In this document: one piece after another, positions 51,174 to 64,000 of the stretch
How the letters are laid out: each line of letters starts with the position of its first letter
Numbering within the stretch: position 1 is the stretch's first letter
Source: Paraspadella gotoi
Taxonomy: Eukaryota > Animalia > Chaetognatha
DNA length: 64,000 bases
Assembly: GCA_051294375.1 (NCBI GenBank)
Contig: CM119271.1
Location: 10,006,291 to 10,070,290 of the forward strand
Direction: 5' to 3'
Made by a program: the position numbers and the translations under genes
The notes under the pieces: generated by a model
Told to the model about the DNA's origin: nothing
Database searches by the model: none
Seen by the model: the letters and a program-made list of their open reading frames with translations, nothing else

Positions 51174-53808
51174 TTAACAACAACAAAAACAAGAGGCGGA
51201 ACAAGTTCGTCGTTCAGTTCGTCTTTTTTGAAAACTTTTTTCCTTTCGCTTTCCCTTTTGGACTTTTATGCGGTCCATTTTTATGAGCGGCCTTCCCTTT
51301 TCCCTTTCCCTTTCCCGCCGTCTTGACCCTTTTCGACTGTCCCGATTCGATAACCGCCGTTCGCTTCCGCTTTTGTCTCCCGCCCGTCGAGGCGTCTCCC
51401 GTTTCGACGCCTTCGCCGCTGCCGATCCCGGAGTCATCGCCGCCGCCGCCGAAGGGGGCGTTTAGAACCGCCAATGTCTCTTCGTTTGAGTTTTTTTCTG
51501 TGAAACGTAAATTGAAAAAAATATTAAGAGATATGGCCTTGACTAAGATTCTTAACGGCTTTGTACTTACAAGCAATCGACAAATATAACAATAAAAACT
51601 GTAAATAAAGCTTTCTACCCTCACTAAATAAGTTATGGGAAAGGTTGCGGGATCGGATCTCGGTCGTTGCGCTTTTCATTTTATTGGATGAAATTCCTTG
51701 GTAGTACAAATTGGTGACTCACTAAAGTGATCGACCTGGAACCGGAAGAAACCGGGATCGAATGCCGCACATTTCTACTTACTCTCTTCTTCCCCGGGAA
51801 TCTTGTTGCTGAACTTTTTCAGCTTGGCGACGAAGAAGCCATCCATGTTGTGGGCGTGAGGATAAAACCTTTTGCAGAGATTTGTCGAGGGATGGAAACG
51901 ATCTTGACGGAAGTTAATGAAGCCGGAGGCGCCAAAGTCCAAACCTATGAAAGGATATCACAAGCTATGATATAATAAAAAATATTATATTATCAAAATA
52001 TGACATTAATTTTCACCAGTGGGCACTAGTTTGACGTTCCGCTTCTTGAGGGCGTAGTTGACGACGGCTTCGTTCTCGTCGATCATGATAGAGCAGGTGG
52101 AGTAGACGATGTAGCCACCGGTGGAGCTGTTGGCGTCCACGGAGTCGATCGCCGCGAGGATCAACTCCTTCTGCAGCGTCGTGCATCGATGAAAATCGTT
52201 GGCGTCCTGAACGAAAGAATATATATTTTCAAGTCAAGTCTTGTCGAGTTTAACAATTTCGCGCAAATAAAAATATAAAATACCTTGCTGATTTTGACGG
52301 AGTTGTCTTTGGAAATGACTCCGGTGCCGGAGCAGGGCGCGTCGAGAAGGCAACGATCGAAACCCCTTTGAACGTCCGGAATGCGTCGTCCGTCGTGGGC
52401 GCTGACGACGGCGTTCGAGACACCGAGTCGATGAAGGTTTCCGACGATTGCTCGGCATCTGAAACAATAGTTTGAATCTTATTAAAAACAAAAACAAACA
52501 AACATAAGAAAGACTGATCGAAATCAAAAACCTTTCTTTGTTGGAGTCGTTGGCCAGAATCATTCCGGTATTCTTCATCAGCGCGGCGATGTACGAAGTT
52601 TTAGCACCCGGCGCCGCGCACATGTCCAGCACCCTCTCGCCTTCTTGCGGCGCCAGCGCCATTACCGGGCAGAACGAGGAGGCTCCTTGAAGGATGTAGT
52701 GACCGGCCAGGTATTCTGGCGTCGCCCCTAGAGGAACTTGGGATTCGAAAACGACGAGCCCCACCTTGGTCCACTTGCCCAAAGGCTCCAGATTGACCCC
52801 TCGCCCAATGAGCGCCTGCGCAACATCTCGTCGTCGCGTCTTGAGTGTGTTGGCGCGGAGGGTGACGGGTCGCGGAACCTCGTTGGCCTCCAAAAACTCG
52901 AGCAGCTCATTGATCGGAAAGAGTGACATGAGTCGCGCCATGAGAAACTCGTTGTATGAATAATACGAGCAAAGATCCCGGCGGAGCTGCGCCGTATAAT
53001 CCTGTCGATCGCGACCCGCGACGGCTCGTTCCTTGAAGTTGGCGAGGACGGCGACGACCTCCTTGATGCGCTGATCGAGAATCTCCAAGTCGGGCGCCAA
53101 CGTCTTTTCCCGTTCCACATTCTCGCTATCGGGTAAGAGAAACTTCTCACCCTGAGAGATGTTCGTCTTTAACTCTTCCTCCGCCATCGCTTCATCCTTC
53201 TTCTGTCGCTTCTCTAGTTTCTCGGAGGCCTTTTCGATGGGCAACTTCTCGTCAGCGTCGTCTTCGTCCGACTTTTCCTCATCTTCGTCGTCGCTATCGT
53301 CCTCATCGTCGTGGTCATCACCATCATCGTCTTCCCCACCAAAATCGTCCGGCATATCGTCGCTATCGTCGTCATCTTCCAGTAGGTCTTTCTTCCTTTT
53401 CTTTGGTTTCAACCACTCCTGATTATCGTCGCCAAAGCCCGCGTCGCTTGCGTCGTCGTCCGACAGATCCTGATCCATCGCTTCGTCGGACGAGTCCGTC
53501 CCTCCCTCATCCTCATCCTCGCTTTCGGAAGCTGCCGAGTTTCCACTCGGCCCGATCTTCCCCTTTTTCCCGCCATTTGCAACTCGGAGTTTCTTGTCCG
53601 GTCGCGAATTTTCTTCCGATTTCGTCTCCTTTTTCGTGAGTATGTTTTCCAACTTTTGGATTCGCTTAGTTTTTCGTTGTTTCTGTTTGTGACTCAGTTT
53701 GGTCGGTTCCTTTTCGGCGTCATCGTCCACGAAGACGGGATCGAGCTGCTTGGATTTTTTACCAGTTACTTTCTTCGCGGGTTTGTCTTTAGTAACTTTT
53801 CGACCCAT
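51174..53808 (-). CDS. NOP2: 25S/28S rRNA m5C methyltransferase NOP2/NSUN1
   Basis: MGRK start, [62 protein letters not shown]. Confidence 0.96.
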
Positions 53809-54133
53809 CGTTTAAAAATATATAGTATATAGCTAATCTTTAAATAATGTAGTTTCCAATTTTTTTTAACCGGAACTATCACACAGAAACATAGGGACGA
53901 AAACAGAACTCTTTATTAAAGTAGAGATAAAATTTAAAACAAAGAAAAACCACAGCCACTCCAACGAACAAATCCACAATAAGGAGCGAAAATAACCATT
54001 GACTAGTTGCTCATTATGTTTCAGTCTACGCTGCGCACACGAATGTAAAATTTAAATGATGTTCTAAATAATAATAATAATAAATGTGACACGACGTTTA
54101 TATTGGATTAGTTCAACCATTTTTCGATCGTCT

Positions 54134-58260
<4,127 letters not shown>

Positions 58261-58473
58261 GATGAAGCTTTCTCACTCCCTTTTTATATTAATAAATAAA
58301 AACTTAAAAAATATTTGTCCGGCGAGACCTGGCAATAAAAAAAAATGTTTCAACGCTTCGCATCATGATTTTTATTTGAAAACGAACAACGCTTTTTAAT
58401 TTGAAAACATGATTTTTTCATAACACTTGAGATGTAAATATTTCCACTTGACTGAGAAAAAAATAGTTTGTAT

Positions 58474-59302
58474 TCAAACTCTCTTGGCTTTGTAGGCCGC
58501 AATGCCGTCGTTTGCTTCCGCCAATTCCGCTTCCATCGTCTCCCGATCCTTGGGGACGATTTGATCGGCGTTGGGGAACAACTCGAGATACATTTCGTAA
58601 GTCATGCTGCGAGCGGCTAAATTTGGGTTGAGGGATTGGACATGGGAGAGTAGTAAATAATTCATTAATTAATCAAAAATTAACAAATTGCCTTGGCGCT
58701 TTTCACACTTACGAGGAATCTTTTCAAAAAATGCGATGTCCTTTTTCGATTCGCTGCATTTGACTTCGACTTCGGCGACGATTTCCTTGGTCGTCTGTTT
58801 GATGGCGGCATCCGTCGATTCCGCCGTCCTCATCTTGTCCTTAGCGTCTACGGGATACGGAATGGTCAGCGCTTCGTACTTGGCCTGCGAAAAGGTTTCA
58901 GATAGAAGCAGAGTTGTCAACTTTCAAAGAGGCAGTATTTATATCTTAGGTAATTCTTACAAAACTAATTAAACTGAAATCTTACCTGAAAGTCGCTAAC
59001 CATGGACGAATCGGGAAGCATTCGGTTATAATAACTCCAGTCGATCTTCGGAAGGGTGGCGGGATTGGCGGCGATGCGCGTCATAAGAAGCTCGGCGCTA
59101 TTTTTTGCCGCCTAATTGGCAGAAATGCAATAAATTATAAAATAAACGTCGAGAACCAAAAAGGCAAAACATGTCCCCCCCCCAAAAAAAAGAGAGCGAA
59201 CTACAGCGGACTTACCGCGAAGACTTCCCGACTCTTTCCGCCGGGCATTCTATGACTCAATGCCGTCCAATTTATGGCGGAAGCTGCACGTTGGGACGCC
59301 AT
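58474..59302 (-). CDS. ATP5PD: Mitochondrial ATP synthase subunit d (4 exons)
   Basis: MASQRAASAINWTAL, PKIDWSYY, FQAKYEALTIPYPVD, MTYEMYLELFP. Confidence 0.88.
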
Positions 59303-59992
59303 TATTCTGATTAAGTCTGAAACGTTAAGCCAACGTCAATATCAATTTTATATCAATGTCAATTTTATATTGGTTCTACCAATTTTATAAAATAATAACA
59401 AAATATTAATATTTTTTAAAATTATTAGTCCCAATAGTTCGATAGTTCAATAGTTCGACCCGGAAATAAAGTCTTGAATTTGCGGTGTCATCGGAGAAAA
59501 GACGAAACGAGAAGCCATGATGTCCGGTCATCATTTGGGAGCTTCGGTAAACTTGATTCCAGTGATTCGGAGGATGTGACGCAACTCTTAATCCTCGACG
59601 TCAATGAGACGGGGTATAAATGTCGACAGCGTTCATCGCCTCATAAAAACCTCTGTTCCTTCTTTCCTCCCATATCTTTTAATTTAACTTTCTCGCACAA
59701 CTCCCTTACGTCATTTCATTTCCCACTTTCCTTTTTCTCGATCTCCCCATGTCTTCTCTCCTCTCATTTCGTATATCCTCTCTCCTTTTCCTTTCTCTCC
59801 CCTTCTCCACACACTCTCTCACTCTCTCTCTCTAATCGCCTCCTCTTTTTTTCTGAGGAAAAATTCGGTAGGTCTCCGGCAAACCCTGACCCGTCTCTCA
59901 TCTCGCTCTCTCTCTCTCCCCTTGCTTATTAATGTCTGTGAACATCTTAAGATAAGATGTGTAGTTCTCACAAACTTTTATTGATAGCATAG

Positions 59993-60220
59993 GGAATAGT
60001 ATTCCGTTAACAGTAGCATCAAGTAGCCCTAAGACCGCGCGTGCGGCAGGCGAAGTCCCTAGTATAGTATTGTGCCCTAAGACCCCAAGTGCGGCAGGCT
60101 TCTCTTTTTACCGGAGTAGTACTCCGTAAAGTATTTTAACCGCCCTAAGACCGCTCGTGCGGCCGGCAACGTTTTACTTTAAACTGTAGTAAATATTGCC
60201 CTAAGAGCTTATGCTCGGGC
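59993..60220. repeat. Four spaced GCCCTAAGA-hairpin motifs
   Basis: gccctaaga at ~60027, 60075, 60142, 60198, each followed by a short stem-loop and ggc. Confidence 0.8.
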
Positions 60221-61124
60221 ATTTTAAGTTTTTGTTATCATCATCTCTCCCCTGTATATTCTTGCAATAAAAGAAAAACGAAGAAAAAGTCCACAAAGTC
60301 AACACGATGGCCCAACGACGTCTCTCTCTCTGTCTCTCCCGTCCTCGTCCTCCGTCCCTCTCCGTCAAGGACGGCGCCATGTTGCCTCCTCGCCAAACAA
60401 AAGGGCAACTTCTTGTGATATAAAGTTCCTGTGATATATTATATTATGACATGATTACTAAGCTATATTCTCATTTTACAACTCTTTTAAACTTGTTTTT
60501 GCTTATTATTATGTCCTTTTTTGAAATTTTCTTAGAATATCGCATCGACTTCTCATGGGTCCCACGTCGGCCCTTTCGGATGAGCTCGTCCAGATGGAGA
60601 CGATGGTCGTCGAGACGTCATCGTTATGTTTTGCTTTCTTTTTTATTATTATTTATTTTTTCTTAGGTTTCGTGAGTAAAAAAAACTCGCTCAAATCATT
60701 TCAGGGTGACGGGTGATTTTGACTAAGAACTGTAATAATGTTTAACTTTGAACGGTCCATGAATATCACTATATATATATATAACTGCATCGTCGCACTT
60801 GAAAAAACTTCAACAAGTGAATATTATAAACTGAAATAAAGGGTAAACTTTGAAAATATAAATGCTCAAATAAATTATAAAGTGAGTTAAACTGGTAAGA
60901 CTCGGAATTTAAAAATATACAATATCTCGACTAGTTGGGACAAAATCTTTTTCGGAAAAAGTTTATCTCACTGGATTATTTTTATGCTTTGTCATAATTT
61001 AGATCACTGACAATTAGAATTTTTAGATATAAAGATCACCAACTCGAACAATTAAAAAAGTCTCTGCCTTGGAATTCTATACGCTGTAATATAATCTTGA
61101 TGCTAATGTAAAACGTTGAAAGAT

Positions 61125-64000
61125 TTAAAAGCCATTCCGCGCCCGTTCGTCCTTGAGAAAGGCCTGCGGCCCGCCGGCGGGTTGTTGGTCAACCGGATCC
61201 AATTCGCCGCTTGACTTTTTGACAGGATCTCGAATGCTCAGCTTCACTTCGCCATTCCACCCATCGTTGGTCTCCTCCAACGCCTCCAGTGGATCGCCCA
61301 GAGGGTCCAACATCTCGTCGACCTTATTTCTTCGATGTTCCGACAATTTCGCTTCGATACTGAAAAAAATTAATTTAGTGTAAATAATAATACTTCATAT
61401 TGTCAAAACTAGATATCCAATTCGAACCAATTTACCTGTTCCAAATTTGTCTCATCCTTTCTTTTCCTTCTACTTGAGGATTCGTACCAACGACCGATGG
61501 TTGCTTTTCTTTTTCGTTTTTATTGTTGTTGTTGTCGTCGCCGTAATCTTCATCGTCGACGACCTCGAGGTTTTTCGAGTCAGTGAAAGTCGCTTCTTCT
61601 CCGTCGCATTCGGCGAGCCTCTGCGGAGGATTGCTCCCTTGAAGTCTGACGTACATGCGTCTGAATTGATTCGCCCCAACGGAGGCGGTTTTTCTCAGAA
61701 AGTGCAAGCTTTTGCCGCGGGAGGCTGTCGTCTTCGTGGTCGTCGTCGGACCGGAAACCTCGTCTTCGATCAACTCTTCTCCACGTCGGCGTCTCTTAAA
61801 GAGGACGACGACGTTGCTACGCAGCAACTCCGGTCGCACTTTCTTCACATAAATGATGGAAACGACGAAGGCGGCGACGATGGCAACGAGAAAGAAAATT
61901 AAAATGCCGAGCGCGGTATGTGACGATGAGATCTTTGCTCCAGCGGCAGTGGGTGCCTCCTCTGTTTCTGCAAGTTTCTTCTCCTTGGACCCAGGCGGGT
62001 GCTGGAAGACAACAGAGTCGTCCTCGTCGTAAGCCTCGAAGTCGTAATCTTCTGACATCGAAAAAATGTGATAGATGAAGTGATTCTGAATGAAACGGTT
62101 TTCGCTTCCCGGGCAGCCGTATCCTCGACGGTAGCCGTAAGAGAGGACGCAGAGTTGTGTGCAAGGGTTGTCCTCGCAGGGATTGTGATTCGCGGGTTGC
62201 TTGAAGGGGTGGTCTACCTTAACGGCTGTGGGTTCGTGATCCAGCCATGGAAATTGATGAAGCTTCACGCGGTCGCGCGGGTGAAAAAGGTTAAATTGGA
62301 AAACGTAGTAGTAAAAGTCGCTAAGGATGTAAGCGTAATCTTCAAAGATGTCGAGCTGCGATGGCATTTCCACAGGCGCCGTCGTTAACAACTGAGGTTT
62401 CAAATTCTTCGCTTCGGAGAAGATCTTGACGTAGTAAATGCCACCTCGCCAATTGTCGATCCAATAAAGTATCTCCCTCGCGAAATCTAGCGTCACCGAC
62501 GAAGGCCGCGTCACGTCGGAGACGACGAGCCGCCGATCGTAGCCGTCCATGGACGAGGCCTCGATGGCGGCCTTGCCTAGATGATTTTCGCTGTAACGGC
62601 TCCAGAACATGGTGCGATTGGCCGGATGCAGCGCGATCGAAGTAGGTTTGTCCACAAGAGGAACGAGATTGTCGATGCAGGAAAATGTTGTCGATGAGCA
62701 GACCGCGATGCCGCGGTTCTTTGCGTCACCAATGTACAAGTTTTTAGTGACCCAATCCAAGGCGATTGCCGACGGAGAGTAGGAAGTGTTGACTTCCTAA
62801 AAAATAATAAATAAAAAAAAGAAAATGCGATAATTGTTTTCAAAGGGTTCACAAAAAAATTCTAACCCAGTTTTAACTTACCCTTAATTCGTGCATTGAA
62901 GCTTGCGAAAAATTTGAGATAAGAATTCGGCCGTCGGGAAAAGCCCAAAATGTTTCCCGTGAATGTATATCGAAATCAAAAACGTATTCTTTCGTTTGGT
63001 TGAATCTGTAACTCTTAAAAGAATTCTGAAAGTAGCTCTCATGATGCGAGAGAAGCAGCTTTGGTCCTACAGAATTCATTTCATAAATTCGATTCGATTG
63101 GGCGACTAAAAGTTTGCACGCCTTGGTACTATCTGGCTTACACCAAAGCTCATGGTGTGGACTTTTTTCACGATTTTGACCCAAGAATCCGTCAACACCG
63201 CCATGAATAAATGTTGTAGTTTCAAAATATCCTTCAGCACAGCGGCAACTAAAGCTCCCTCTCAAGTTTATGCAAACTTGCAAATGTCGACAAATAAAAG
63301 GTGACGCATGGCATTCATTAATGTCGATGCATTGCCCATCAATTATTTCGAATCCTGGTTTGCAAAAACATCGAGAGCCTCGAGGCGTTGGATGACAAGA
63401 CTGTTGACATCCCCCATATTGTTGCTTACAAGCCACTTCACATAATCCGCCTTCGTCCGAATCATCGAAGCAATCTGGAACAAGGTCACAAACTTTTTTC
63501 ATGTCAATGCATTTACGTCGGTCATCGCAGAGAAATCTCGAGTTGTTGCAGGCCTTGGGGTCAAAACCTGCACAATGTTGTTCATCTTCACCACCAGGAC
63601 AGTTAACCACAGTGTCACAACGTTGCTTTTCACTAAAGCAAGTTTTACCATCGGAGCAAAGCATTTGATCTTTAGGACAACTAAAGCAACTCTTTTCATC
63701 CAAGCCATCTGGGCAATCAACTTGACGATTGCATTGAAATTTTTCAGGGATGCAGTGGTTGGGCCCACATGCAAATTCATTTAAGGCACAACCGGTATGA
63801 TTAAACACTTCAAAATGTGCACAAACGTGTGCTCTTTCATCCTCTCCTTGAGAACAATCGGAATGGCCATCACAGAATTTTATCGATGGTATACAAGAGC
63901 CGTCCTCACATGTCCACTCATGTACATTGCAAAAATCCTTTTTAAAAGATTCGCAATGGCTTTCATCAATTCCAATTGCTGAAGAAGTATGATTAATACA
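61125..64000 (-). CDS. LDL-receptor-family protein (vitellogenin receptor/LRP-like), 3' part only
   Basis: LDLa repeats (CNRQVDCPDGLDE), Ca-EGF (DINECH), YWTD-type propeller (DWVTKNLYIGD, LYWID), TM segment, cytoplasmic tail. Confidence 0.9.

Noticed and set aside
59993-60220. CRISPR array or pistol ribozyme interpretation of the GCCCTAAG repeats
   Set aside because: Repeats are short and degenerate, there are no cas genes and the context is eukaryotic. The loop complementary to CCCUAA needed for a pistol pseudoknot is absent.

Overview
Eukaryotic (animal-like) genomic DNA from a very compact genome: CpG-rich exons, short AT-rich spliceosomal introns. I can reconstruct 26 protein-coding genes and every one is on the minus strand. 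They sit head-to-tail in blocks of at least 13, 5 and 7 genes, with stop-to-start spacers mostly 85-440 bp and an apparently unpaired splice acceptor just upstream of many ATGs. This suggests unusually long trans-spliced operons. The standout gene is an in-frame enolase-triosephosphate isomerase fusion with both active sites intact and the TPI start Met replaced by Ile. Other unusual items: an intron-containing bacterial-like (DUF1444-like) gene, a protein with eEF1B-delta-like repeats plus a MYND finger, a dCMP deaminase with a putative winged-helix tail, two candidate structured RNAs in the gaps between blocks, and a MITE in an enolase intron. Gene models were spliced by eye and family calls come from remembered motifs; no database search was run.
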